Assembly (NCBI GenBank): GCA_963752255.1
Contig: CAVVXT010000010.1
Span: 1-64,000 of the forward strand
Length of the DNA stretch: 64,000 nt
Source: Nitrososphaeria archaeon
GTDB taxonomy: Archaea > Thermoproteota > Nitrososphaeria > JACIWG01
Direction: 5' to 3'
Shown: piece by piece, positions 33,512 to 44,142 of the stretch
How the letters are laid out: the number at the start of each line of letters is the position of its first letter
How positions within the stretch are numbered: position 1 is the stretch's first letter
Translations under genes and position numbers: made by a program
The notes under the pieces: model-generated
The model's database searches: none
Seen by the model: the letters and a program-made list of their open reading frames with translations, nothing else
What the model was told of the DNA's origin: nothing

Positions 33512-33871
33512 TCAAGGATAAAGTTTTTGAAGGTTTTTTAAGAACGTGTCTAAGTCTTTTTTATTTAATCCGACCCCTAAAATGGAACCTTTTCTTTCTA
33601 TTTCTTTGCCGTCTTTGAATGCTACAATCGTGGGAACCACTTTGATATCATAAGTCTCCCAAAACGGATTGTCGTCGTCTGTGATATCTGCCTTCGCAAT
33701 GACATATTCCGTGTTTCTTGTTTGCTTTTCGAAGGTGTCTGAGAATTCTGAGCAAAACGGGCAGTACGAGGCAAAGAACACCACAACAACCAATTTTCCT
33801 TCTTTAATGATATTTTCATCAAAGTTCAAAGATAATGAATCGAACACGGTAATGATGTATAAGCAGCTCAT
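33512..33871 (-). CDS. thioredoxin family protein
   Basis: FASYCPFC and VPTIVAFKDG; the true start may be downstream of 33871. Confidence 0.88.
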   Translation of the reverse strand: MSCLYIITVFDSLSLNFDENIIKEGKLVVVVFFASYCPFCSEFSDTFEKQTRNTEYVIAKADITDDDNPFWETYDIKVVPTIVAFKDGKEIERKGSILGVGLNKKDLDTFLKNLQKLYP

Positions 33872-33913
33872 TAAAATCTTTTTGCAATATTCAATTATCC
33901 GTGTTAGAATGCG

Positions 33914-34963
33914 TCAACAGATTCTTGGGATAGGATCTCCTCTCGGTTTTTGAAGTATCCTTCTCCCACCCACTTCTGTCTTCATCACCACTTTGTTAAA
34001 TGAGCTTACCGCATGTCCTATTACCTGAGCATCTGAGCCCTCTGTAGTCTTCTGGAGTGCTTCGAGAACGGCTTCAGCCATTTCTGGAACCGTCGCTATG
34101 ATAGCTTTTCCTTCATTACCTATTTCCAAGGGATCTATACCCAAAACTTCGCATGCAGATCTTACGCTGGGTCTGATGGGGATCTTCGATTCGTCAACTT
34201 CTATGCCGACTCCACTTTTTTCACACCATTCATAGAGGGCGTTACTAACCCCTCCCCTTGTCGGATCCTTCATCGCAACTATTCCACCTATCTTCAAGAT
34301 TTTTTCTGACATATGGTTTAGGGGCTGCATGTCAGATTTTACTTCTACAGTTAATCCATACTGTTGTCTCGCACTCATCACAGCAATCCCATGATCTCCA
34401 ACATACCCGGAGACGATGATTTTGTCGCCGGGTCTAACTTCAGAATCAAGAAGCCACTTTGCGCGCGGTTTTCGATAGTTTGTAACAATTTCAAGGTTAT
34501 GATCTAAGAAAGGGCTTTTGGAACCGATAGCTGAAGTATTTATAATCATCTGCTTCAAACCGCCATGTTCTACAACTTTGGTATCGCCTGTTACTATCTT
34601 TACGTCCGCCTCTTTGCAAGTTTTCTCCATGCTGTCTAACACCTTCTCTAAAACGGACAACTCCAGTCCTTCTTCCAAAACTAGACCCATGGAAAGGGCG
34701 ATCGGCTTTCCTCCAACCATAGAGACATCATTAACAGTGCCGCAGATAGAGAGCCTTCCAATGTCGCCGCCGGGGAAAAACAAAGGGTACACCGCGTGTG
34801 AGTCCGTCTTAAATACGATGCCATTGACGACGGCGGCATCGTCCAAAGCTTCTAAGGGAACCTCGAAATGGCTTCCCGAGAAACGTGTGAGAATCATTCT
34901 TTTAATAAGGTCTGCAGCGACACTTCCACCTGCTCCATGAAGCATGCTAATATGCTCAGTCAT
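33914..34963 (-). CDS. hypE: hydrogenase maturation protein HypE
   Basis: HGAGG, FFPGGDIG, GTVND, GDTKV, DPTRGG, C-terminal PRIC. Confidence 0.96.
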   Translation of the reverse strand: MTEHISMLHGAGGSVAADLIKRMILTRFSGSHFEVPLEALDDAAVVNGIVFKTDSHAVYPLFFPGGDIGRLSICGTVNDVSMVGGKPIALSMGLVLEEGLELSVLEKVLDSMEKTCKEADVKIVTGDTKVVEHGGLKQMIINTSAIGSKSPFLDHNLEIVTNYRKPRAKWLLDSEVRPGDKIIVSGYVGDHGIAVMSARQQYGLTVEVKSDMQPLNHMSEKILKIGGIVAMKDPTRGGVSNALYEWCEKSGVGIEVDESKIPIRPSVRSACEVLGIDPLEIGNEGKAIIATVPEMAEAVLEALQKTTEGSDAQVIGHAVSSFNKVVMKTEVGGRRILQKPRGDPIPRIC

Positions 34964-35085
34964 AGTCAGCCCCTTAATTGGTAACACACTAATAACATTT
35001 TTGCTGAATCCTATAACATTAACATGTTGTCATTAAAGTTTAGCTTCCATATTAGGGAACAACCTTATATTGTAAACGGTGTAGT

Positions 35086-36268
35086 CTATTGGCTTTCCAA
35101 GTACTCGGTTATAATATCTCTGACGTTTTTCAAATCCTTTAACCAGACAAATTCATTAACACCATGATAGTGTGTGTCCTCAGCCAGAGGTCCATATGAT
35201 ATTGTAGGTATTCCTTTTCCGTTAGTGAATTTTCCATCATTCCCACCAAGTTCGGCTGCGAGAGGAAGGCTTTCTCCTGTGACTGTTTCTATAGCCTTAT
35301 TAAATTTTTTTACCAGAGGAAGTCTCGGGTCGGTATAGTAGTTTCCCCCTGTCTGCTCGAATTTCAAATCAATCTTGTACCTTGGATCACCCAGGTCTAC
35401 TTTATTTAGAAAATCTTTAAGCTCGTTTTGGGCTTTAACAGTATCTTCTTCTGGCAAGAGTCTCATATCGAATGTTGCTTCCGCCTCACCTGGAATTATA
35501 TTGCTTTTCACACCCGATTTTAGCATAGTAACGGAGAATCTACCCCAGACCTTCTCCTTTGGAGACCCAGGCGGCGCATCCATTCTAGAGAGTTTATGCT
35601 CCCTAAAATCCTGAAATTTCAGTAATTCGACGATAAGCTTACCCATACCCTGAAGCGCGTTCAGGAATAAGTGGGGATAACCTGCATGGCCTTGAATGCC
35701 TGTTACAGTTATGGTTCCATTGACTATGCCACTTGCTCCTATCGATAGAAAATCTTTTCCAGCATCAACTATGATTGCTTCTTCACCCCTTATTCCAACC
35801 TCGTCAATAAGGTAGCCGAGACCAAGTTCGCCGCCAACTTCTTCGTCTGGGGTAACTAATATTTTCAAATTAACCTTTGATTTACTACCAGCCCTACGCG
35901 CAGCCCCCAGCAGGGTTACTATAGACCCTTTATCGTCGGCTGTGCCTCGACCATAGGCTTTATCTCTATCTACTTTCATGTTAAAGGGATCGTAGTCCCA
36001 ACCTGAACCAGGAGGTACTATATCATAGTGAGCCACTCCGAGAAGTGTTTTTGGAGCTCCAACGTCTAAAGTTGCTACGACGTTTGGTCTACGGCAATTT
36101 ATCTAGGCTCTTAAGCTTCGAATCAAAAACTTCCACTTTTAACCCAATTTTTTCAGCTTCATCCGCCACTATACTGGCGCACTCCTCGTAACCGGACTTG
36201 GTTAAGGAGTCGCTGTTCACTTCGACAACCTTTTTCAAAACGTTTAATTCAAAGTCTATATCGTACAT
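35086..36268 (-). CDS. M20/ArgE-DapE family metallopeptidase, frameshift near 36090
   Basis: HYDIVP, GRGTADDKG, DEEVGG, GHAG; the N-terminus lies in ORF 36089-36310. Confidence 0.88.
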
Positions 36269-36369
36269 AACTTTTGGTATTTTCTCGTACACTAATAAGT
36301 TTTTTTTCAATTAAAATAAAAGGTTTTTAAACATCAGAGAAATTTATTGAGCCTTTGGAGTAAGTTGTT

Positions 36370-37717
36370 TTGGCTCCTTTAACAAAACGCATTGTTATTG
36401 TTGGCGCAGGACCTTCTGGCATATTTACTGGATTAGAACTTTCAAAGAAAAGCAACTTCAACGTCACTATCATCGACAAGGGGAAGGATATCGAGAAAAG
36501 GATTAACGACAACGGCATCTATTACGGTTGGGGTGGCGCTGGCGCATTTAGTGACGGAAAACTGAATTATTCGGCCGAGATAGGAGGCTGGCTTGGAGAC
36601 TACTTGGACGAAAAAGATCTCATAGATATCATGGGAAAGGTCGATAAAATCTTTTTGGCCTATGGGGCCACCGACAGGATTTTCGGAACAGACGAGGACA
36701 GTATATCACAGTTATCGCGCGAGGCAGCTAAAGCCGATTTGAGACTTATACCAAGCAGGGTAAGACACCTTGGAAGCGATCAGTGCCCGAAGATACTGCA
36801 GAACATAAAGAAAGATTTGGAGAAAAAAGTAGACATTATTCTGGAAAACGAGGTAGAGAGTGTCATCGTAGACAACGGAGTCGCAAGGGGAGTGATAACA
36901 AGGGGTGGAAAGAAGATACCTGCTGATTATGTTATATTAGCTCCTGGCAGAGGTGGGGCAGACTGGCTAAAAAATGAGGCGGAACGGCTTAAGCTATCAT
37001 CCAGCAGGAATCCGGTGGATCTTGGCGTCAGAGTGGAAGTCCCGTCGCAAGTTTTAGAGTCAATGTCTTCAATATTATATGAACCCAAATTAGTGTATTA
37101 TTCAAAATCTTATGACGATAAAGTTAGAACGTTCTGCGTTAGCCCATACGGTTATGTAGTTGAGGAGAAGATCAATGATTTAATTACGGTCAATGGTCAC
37201 AGCTATCTTGAAAAACGCTCGGAAAACACCAACTTCGCTATTTTAGTCAGCACACAGTTCACGGACCCCTTTAGGGACCCAATAGCGTACGGTAGATATA
37301 TTGCAAAGCTCGCTAATCTTTTAGTCAACGGCGTTATGGTTCAAAGACTTGGAGATCTAGATGTAGGAAGAAGATCCACATATGAGAGAATATCAAGGAG
37401 CATAGTTCAACCCACTTTAAAGACGGCCCATCCTGGAGACCTAAGCTTTGTACTTCCAGGAAGGTACCTCACAGATATTAAGGAATTTTTAAAGGCGATG
37501 GATAAATTGGCACCAGGGGTATATTCTAATCATACACTGATTTATGGGATAGAGGTAAAGTTCTATTCCTCTAGACTTAAGCTCACACGGAATCTCGAAA
37601 CCGAGGTCAAGAACCTTTTCACAATCGGAGATGGAGCGGGAATATCGAGAGGGACTTGTGCAGTCCTCAGCTTCAGGCCTCATTGTAGCTCAGGAAATTA
37701 TAAGAAGAGAATCTTGA
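36370..37717 (+). CDS. NAD(P)/FAD-dependent oxidoreductase, frameshift near the C-terminus
   Basis: GAGPSG, GWGGAGAFSDGK, RTFCVSP, GDGAGISRG. The alternate frame gives LVQSSASGLIVAQEI to a stop at 37717. Confidence 0.88.
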
Positions 37718-37765
37718 ATCACTCCACTTCAGATGAAATTTAAACATAAAGTAGACCAAAATAGT

Positions 37766-38203
37766 TTATTTAACTGACGAATCCATGGTGCACTCTTTTA
37801 GGATCTGAAACGCTTTCTCGGGATCAACTAAGCCAGCTACCATTTTTTCGAAAGGACACGTATCATCCTTTCTTCTATTCAATATTTTTGCAGTAGTCCT
37901 ATCATAAATCAATGAAATTGATAAAGTAGACGCAAGCTCAAGTGCCGGAACGCTTAACAACTTTGCATAAACTGCACCAATTTTCGCTTTAGCAGCAAGC
38001 AGTATTGCAGCCCTGCCAACAACCTTGTCCGCTAAAGCTGCACCAGCCATATTTTCCTTAATTATCGTAATAGTGTCAACCAGTGCTTTTATTCCTGAAG
38101 ACTTTGATTCAGAAATAACCTTTCCATTCTTTACTATCACAAAGGAAAACCTATTCCTCAGCAAGCGGTCCCTAGCTACGGAGACGTCATTGGCAGCAGA
38201 CAT
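37766..38203 (-). CDS. DUF1893 / TM1506-like protein
   Basis: LADKVVGRAA and ILNRRKDDTCPFE. Confidence 0.8.
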   Translation of the reverse strand: MSAANDVSVARDRLLRNRFSFVIVKNGKVISESKSSGIKALVDTITIIKENMAGAALADKVVGRAAILLAAKAKIGAVYAKLLSVPALELASTLSISLIYDRTTAKILNRRKDDTCPFEKMVAGLVDPEKAFQILKECTMDSSVK

Positions 38204-38246
38204 ATTACCTTGCCATAAAGTACCCGCTAAAAGGTTTTAATACTTA

Positions 38247-39028
38247 TTAGGCATTGTCTGGAGGATTTCCGCCTGCTGGTTTTGTCGTGTCAGTAGGAGT
38301 TCCCTCTGCTGGTTTTGTCGTGTCAGTAGGAGTTCCCTCTGCTGGTTTTGTCGTGTCAGTAGGAGTTCCCTCTGCTGGTTTTGTCGTGTCAGTAGGAGTT
38401 CCCTCTGCTGGTTTTGTCGTGTCAGTAGGAGTTCCCTCTGCTGGTTTTGTCGTGTCAGTAGGAGTTCCGTTTGGCTTGCTGGGAGGATTTCCGAACAAGT
38501 TATCCGCGAGGTCTTTAAGTTTATACATAGCGTTCTCAGAAAACATTCCCACCAGTCCAGGATATAGCCGCAACCCCTACGAGGTTCAGGTTGTTTAAGC
38601 CCGACCCAATCGTCAGTACTCCGCCGCGTATCAGAAAATAGAAGATTAAAGGGAGCCCAGCGCCAATGAGGGGCCTAAGCAGGTACCAAGCTAGATACTC
38701 TTTATTGAAATCTACGCCTACATGTTTTGAAATCGCGAAAAACGAGAAGACGCAAGCACCTATTATTCCAGAAAAACATAATTATGAATATAATCAAAGT
38801 CTCTGGGCCCAAGAGAAAATGCACACCTGTTCCATAAAGTGTAACCGGCCTTGTTGCATTTGATGCAAGCTCTTGTGGGGTAGCAGGCCATATGTTAACT
38901 AGAAAGTATAGTATAACTACAAACACTATGATTGTATAAACGGATACGAGACGTGCTACATGTCGATCGTCTGGCCCTTCTTTTTGTTTCTTAGGTGTCG
39001 TAGTAGGTGGTGTAGTTGTCGTTATCAT
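38247..39028 (-). CDS. multi-pass membrane protein with a Pro/Thr-rich repeat tail, frameshifted
   Basis: ORFs 38702-39028 and 38247-38573 are bridged by a middle frame (WYLLRPLIGAGLPLIFYFLIRGG); C-terminal PAEGTPTDTTK repeats. Confidence 0.65.
38273..38468. repeat. perfect 33-bp coding tandem repeat, ~6 copies
   Basis: ctgctggttttgtcgtgtcagtaggagttccct starts at 38273, 38306, 38339, 38372, 38405 and 38438, with no spacers. Confidence 0.97.
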
Positions 39029-39210
39029 AGTGAGATATTAGTTCCACACATAAATAAGCTTTTAATTGACCTCTAGTCTTCTTTGTTTGAGTTCTTTAAC
39101 TATCTTCTCTATTTCAGAAATTTTAGAAATCTCTTTTTCTATATATATTTACTGTAAAGTAAAGTTATAATCTTAAATATCTTATTCAATATTTTTATTA
39201 GGGCAAAGTC

Positions 39211-39885
39211 ATGTCATCTAAAACTCTTTACGGAGTAATAGGTATTTTAGTTGTAACAGTTTTCGTTTTAGCTGGTTTAGTCGGATATTTGTACAATCAA
39301 AAATCCCAAACCATAACAGAAACAAATTCACAAACTGTTACGCAATCTATTACGCAAACTTCAACTAGTACTTTAACGCTGACTTCAACTATTACTCCCA
39401 CAACTTCATCTGAGAATACGACCTCCTTGATTACCTATTCAACCACTACCACGTATGGGAATAATATCGTAACTGCTTTTACAGTTTACCTTTTTAACGG
39501 TTCAACATCTGTGGATGCGGGCTATTTTGATTATGTCCCGTTCGACGTCCCTAACAACGTAATGAATGTAACGGTAACGGGTAATTTTACGTCTTCGGGA
39601 GGGTTAGGAAACGATATCGAGGTATTCATCATGAACAGCACCCAGTATGATAGTTGGTATAACGGTAACCAGACAAGTGTATACTATGATAGCGGCCAAG
39701 TTATTTCAGTAAAAATCAGCAACCTTAAGCTTCCAGCGGGCCAAAGCTACTACCTGATCTTCGACAACAGCTTTTCCTATATCTCTGGTAAAACGGTCAC
39801 CGGAGAAATCATCCTAACTTTTACGCAACCAACTACTACTATGACTTCAACTACTGCGCAAGCAACTACTACTAACCTCCCTTAA
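39211..39885 (+). CDS. membrane-anchored Thr/Ser-rich extracellular protein
   Basis: N-terminal TM, Thr-rich linkers, central beta-rich domain (YYLIFDNSFS), many NxT/S sequons. Confidence 0.75.
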   Translation: MSSKTLYGVIGILVVTVFVLAGLVGYLYNQKSQTITETNSQTVTQSITQTSTSTLTLTSTITPTTSSENTTSLITYSTTTTYGNNIVTAFTVYLFNGSTSVDAGYFDYVPFDVPNNVMNVTVTGNFTSSGGLGNDIEVFIMNSTQYDSWYNGNQTSVYYDSGQVISVKISNLKLPAGQSYYLIFDNSFSYISGKTVTGEIILTFTQPTTTMTSTTAQATTTNLP

Positions 39886-40186
39886 ATCTACTATAGTATT
39901 TCTGCCCATTTTTACTTTGACTTTACCCATGTTCAGCACTCCCACATTAGTTTCTCTATTATAGTCTATTTCTAAGAAATCTAATTTAATGGATCCTAGT
40001 TTAATAGAAACCCTGCTAATGCGTGTTACTTTCCTTTATGAATTAAAGAAATTCCAATTAGAAGACCCTTGTTTAATCGAATAAGGTGCCTATAATTTGT
40101 CTAACATTAGGAGCACATTTTGGCGTAATTCTGAAAAACCCTTTAATAAATCATAATATATCCACATACACAAGAAGTGATATTCA

Positions 40187-40297
40187 ATGGCTCCATTAAT
40201 AGAAACCATCTTAATAACTTCCTTACTCAGCGTTATTTTCCTTCATAAACTTAGGGAGGAAGGTAAACAAGAAGATGTTGGGCTAGTTGGCTTCTAG
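40187..40297 (+). CDS. putative 36-aa single-TM peptide
   Basis: MAPLIETILITSLLSVIFLHKLREEGKQEDVGLVGF with an AT-rich TATA-like upstream region. Confidence 0.35.
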   Translation: MAPLIETILITSLLSVIFLHKLREEGKQEDVGLVGF

Positions 40298-40640
40298 TTT
40301 TTTCTGTTTGATAAGCACATCCACTAGGTTAGTTTGATCCTTCAATATCTTCTCCATTCCATTAAACCTATTCTCCCAACTTTTCTTCCCAGCTTCGAAC
40401 CTTTCCTTTTCCTTCTGTAAGGCTTGAGCCTTGATCAATATTTCATTTCTTAATTAGGAAAGAAAAAAAATTAATTACAAATGATAGATGCCCATCATTA
40501 TCAGCTTTTTAGAAGGCTCAGGAAATCGTTTCATGTGTTTTAGACTCGATAAAACATTAATCATAATAATAAAAGTTAACTATTCTTTTATACTTATTAA
40601 AAATAATTTAAACAATTTACCTAACGGTTTTAACACTTGT

Positions 40641-41834
40641 TCATCCGGAGCCTAAATATTTTAACAAGATCATTGCATAGATTTTAGATGCATCAATAAT
40701 CTGTTGAACGGGTAGGTTTTCATTAATCGTATGAGCCATCTTTATGTCCCCACATCCCAGAATGATAGTAGGAATCCCTGCCTTAACAAAATGTGACATC
40801 TCCGTTGTCGCAGGCATCCCTTCCACTCGAGGCTCAATGTTAACGGTTTCTTTGATAGCTTTCTTCGCTGTTTTTACTATCTCTTCTGATAAATCAGTCT
40901 CTGAAGCTGGTTGAGAATTATATAGTTCGAGTTTAAACCTGAATTGCGGATCATCCCTAGCGATCTTTGCAAGTTCCGCCTTTAACTCACCCTCAACATC
41001 CTGCGGAGATTCATCTGGCAAAAGTCTTCTATCAATAGTTATTTCACAGGAATCTGGAACAATGTTATCTTTGGCACCTCCTCTTATTACACCGACAGAA
41101 AGCGTCGGCTTACCAAGGAAAGGGTGTGAGTTGCTTGAATGAGAGTAGCTTGCTGCTATTTCTTCAAGCCTGTTGATGGCTTTTGACATTTTGTAAATAG
41201 CGTTTACACCCTCATCCGGATTGCTCGAATGCGCAAGCTTCCCGTATGTTGTCAGACTAAAACGTGCAAATCCCTTGTGTGCGATGTTTATCTGTAGACC
41301 ACTAGGCTCCCCTACTATTGCGGCTGAAGCGTGATACCCTTTTTCCAATATATCTTTTGCACCAAGGCATGAATCTTCCTCATCGGAAGTTAAAGCAATA
41401 ACGATGTCGCCTCCTAGTTCAACTTTTGACCTTAAGATTGCCCTGAGAGCACTTATGAACGCAGCAATCGAGCTCTTCATGTCGGCAGACCCTCTTCCAT
41501 ACAGTCTACCATCTTTAATATCGCCACTTAGGGGGTTAGTTGCCCATTTTCCGAGGTCTCCAAAGGGAACAGTATCCAAGTGTCCATTGAAGATTAAGGA
41601 TCTAACACTGGAGCGAGAGTGATAGACGCCTACGACATTCGGTCTTTTAGGTTTGAAGTCGTATTCTATGGTTTCCAACCCTGCAGCTCGGAGAATGTCT
41701 GCCATAAAGTCTGCAAGTTCTTTTTCTTTGCCTGGTGGATTCTCACTGTCAATACGGATCATCATTTGAGCTAATGAGATAGGATCTTCTTTTCCTAGTT
41801 GGTTGAAAACCTCAGATTTAGGGTCTACTACCAT
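40641..41834 (-). CDS. M20/ArgE-DapE family metallopeptidase
   Basis: SENPPG, NGHLDTVP, GRGSADMKS, DEE, GEPS; likely start MVVDPK at 41834. Confidence 0.9.
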   Translation of the reverse strand: MVVDPKSEVFNQLGKEDPISLAQMMIRIDSENPPGKEKELADFMADILRAAGLETIEYDFKPKRPNVVGVYHSRSSVRSLIFNGHLDTVPFGDLGKWATNPLSGDIKDGRLYGRGSADMKSSIAAFISALRAILRSKVELGGDIVIALTSDEEDSCLGAKDILEKGYHASAAIVGEPSGLQINIAHKGFARFSLTTYGKLAHSSNPDEGVNAIYKMSKAINRLEEIAASYSHSSNSHPFLGKPTLSVGVIRGGAKDNIVPDSCEITIDRRLLPDESPQDVEGELKAELAKIARDDPQFRFKLELYNSQPASETDLSEEIVKTAKKAIKETVNIEPRVEGMPATTEMSHFVKAGIPTIILGCGDIKMAHTINENLPVQQIIDASKIYAMILLKYLGSG

Positions 41835-41906
41835 ATTAAAATAATTGAATGAACAATATAAAAATCTTTTAATCCCTGCGGAAGGGCTATTAGTAACTAA
41901 AAAGCA

Positions 41907-43041
41907 ATGGGTCAAGTGAATATCTTGAGAAAATCTGGTGTTGCTGACCTTCCACTTCATGGAGGAAGATGTCCAAAGTGGCTTTTTCCAAGAATGGTGA
42001 AGCTCTCAAAAGAAATCTCAGAAACAATAATTCTCGAGTTCGGTAAGCAAGAATTCCTAAGAAGAATTTCAGACCCCTTTTTCTTCCAATCCTTTGGATG
42101 CGTAGTAGGATTTGACTGGCACAGTTCAGGTCTAACAACGACGTTGACGGGAGCACTCAAGGAGGCGTTAAATGTAGAAGAACATGGAATCGCAGTCTGT
42201 GGGGGAAAGGGAAGAACATCCAGAAAGACTCTGGAGGAACTTGACGGAGCAGGTCAGAGCTTCTCCTTTTCAGGAGACAAGATCGAGAAACTAAAGTACA
42301 CAAGCAAGATAGTTGCCAAAGTGGATAACACCGCGATACAGTCAGGTTACCAGCTTTATCATCACGTTTTCTTTGTTGATGATAAAGGAAGATGGGCTGT
42401 TGTCCAACAAGGTATGAACCCTGCTAACAGGTATGCCAGAAGATATCATTGGCTTTGTGATGAAGTGCAAAGCTTTGTCGTCGAGCCCCATTCGGCGATC
42501 GTCGGAGACAGGGTTGAAAAGGCTGTTCTGAATCTGACTTCCGTTAAAAGCATAGAAACACAGAAGACGATAACTGATGTTTCGAAGGAAAAACCATATA
42601 GAATACAGAGTATGTTACAAGAATTACATGATAGATCCAGTACCACACTTCTAGACTGGATTAACCCTTCCATAAAGAAGTTTGGAGCAAGCTATCTCTC
42701 TATGCCTAGGGACGTTGATTGGGAAGGGGTTAGACAACTTTATGAGAGACAGGCGAGAAACTTCGAGGAAGTTCTGATGACGCATAGGGTTGGACCTAAC
42801 ACTATGAAGAGCACTAGCATTGATTTCAAATCTAATTTATGGAACTGAAATAGACTGGAAAGATCCAATAAAATATAGTTTTACTGTAGGAGGAAAAGAT
42901 GGAGTACCCTTTCCAGTAGATAGAGATGCATATGATAACTCTACTGAATTCCTAAAGGAAGCCATAGAAGATGCAAGAATAGGGAAGGACGAACAGGTTA
43001 AAGCTTTGAGAAGGTTGGGCGATTTAGAAGCGAAGTTTTAA
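41907..43041 (+). CDS. DUF763 family protein, frameshift near 42810
   Basis: ADLPLHGG, FDWHSSG, AKVDNTAIQSGYQLYHH and, in the second ORF, GGKDGVPFPVD. Confidence 0.88.
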
Positions 43042-43067
43042 TAGATAAAGAACGGTGGAGTTTTAGA

Positions 43068-44024
43068 ATGGCCGAAGATAGCAAATATGATGTAATCATT
43101 GTTGGCGCAGGAGTTTCAGGGCTTACGGCAGGAATCTATTCCTGCCGCAGGAATCTCAAGACACTAATAATATCCAAAGATATCGGAGGACAGGCTCTGA
43201 TCGCAAAGGAGATAGAAAATTATCCTGGATTCGAAAGATCAAGCGGCGCAGATCTCGTGCAGAAGGTCTTGGAGCAGGCTCAAAACTTTGGCACCGAAAT
43301 TGTTTTAGACGAAGTCAAATCTGTAACGAAAAAAGGTGAAGGAGAATTTCATATTCAAACAGTACAGGGAGAGTATTTTGCAAAGGCAGTTATTATTGCT
43401 TCAGGAAAGATCTCAAGGGATCTGAATGTACCTGGTGAAGAAAGGTTCAAAGGTATGGGGGTGTCTTATTGCGCTACATGTGATGCTCCGTTATACAAAG
43501 ACAAGAAAGTTTTGGTTGTAGGCGATGGAAGCTACGCCTTTGATGCCGTAGTTCTTCTGTCAAAATATGCAAAAGAAGTTCACTTTGCAACCAAGAGGAA
43601 AGATCTACCAATTGAAGAGGAGAATATCAACCTTATTATGGGAGCTAAAAATGTTTCCATATATTATGACACAAACGTTAAAGAAGTGAAGGGGACATTT
43701 AAAGTCGTTTCAGTTGTTCTAGAATTAACTGGGAAAAATGCTTTTGAACTACCAATCGATGGCATCTTTGTTGAATTAGGATATGTAATCAAGGTCGATC
43801 CATTCAGGAACTTGGTAACACTAGATGAGAGAAAACAGATAATTATAACAAATAAGAATGAGACCTTTACACCGGGAGTGTTTGCTTCAGGAGACGTTAC
43901 AAACACTCCCTTCAAACAGTTCGTGATTTCGGCTTCGGAAGGCGCCAAAGCAGCCCTTTCAACCTACGAATACATACAAAAGATTTCAGGAAAATCTGCA
44001 GTAACGATCGACTGGCACAAATAA
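43068..44024 (+). CDS. trxB: thioredoxin reductase
   Basis: GAGVSG, IENYPG, GVSYCATCD, GVFASGD. Confidence 0.92.
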   Translation: MAEDSKYDVIIVGAGVSGLTAGIYSCRRNLKTLIISKDIGGQALIAKEIENYPGFERSSGADLVQKVLEQAQNFGTEIVLDEVKSVTKKGEGEFHIQTVQGEYFAKAVIIASGKISRDLNVPGEERFKGMGVSYCATCDAPLYKDKKVLVVGDGSYAFDAVVLLSKYAKEVHFATKRKDLPIEEENINLIMGAKNVSIYYDTNVKEVKGTFKVVSVVLELTGKNAFELPIDGIFVELGYVIKVDPFRNLVTLDERKQIIITNKNETFTPGVFASGDVTNTPFKQFVISASEGAKAALSTYEYIQKISGKSAVTIDWHK

Positions 44025-44142
44025 ACATAATTAAGTCTAAAAAACTAGTATCGAAAAAAGGAATAGTAAATTAATCCTTTAAAACATCTATCAAGTAGCT
44101 GCAATCAATAAGATTTTTATTACCAGTTCATCAAGATGTGTT

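Noticed and set aside
38273-38468. 33-bp repeats as a CRISPR array
   Set aside because: Units are head-to-tail with no spacers and are an in-frame multiple of three within a protein tail.
39884-40082. Short resemblances to CRISPR repeats (aatctactatag, ctattatagt, gtttaatcgaa)
   Set aside because: AT-rich partial matches without the ATTGAAA handle or regular spacing.
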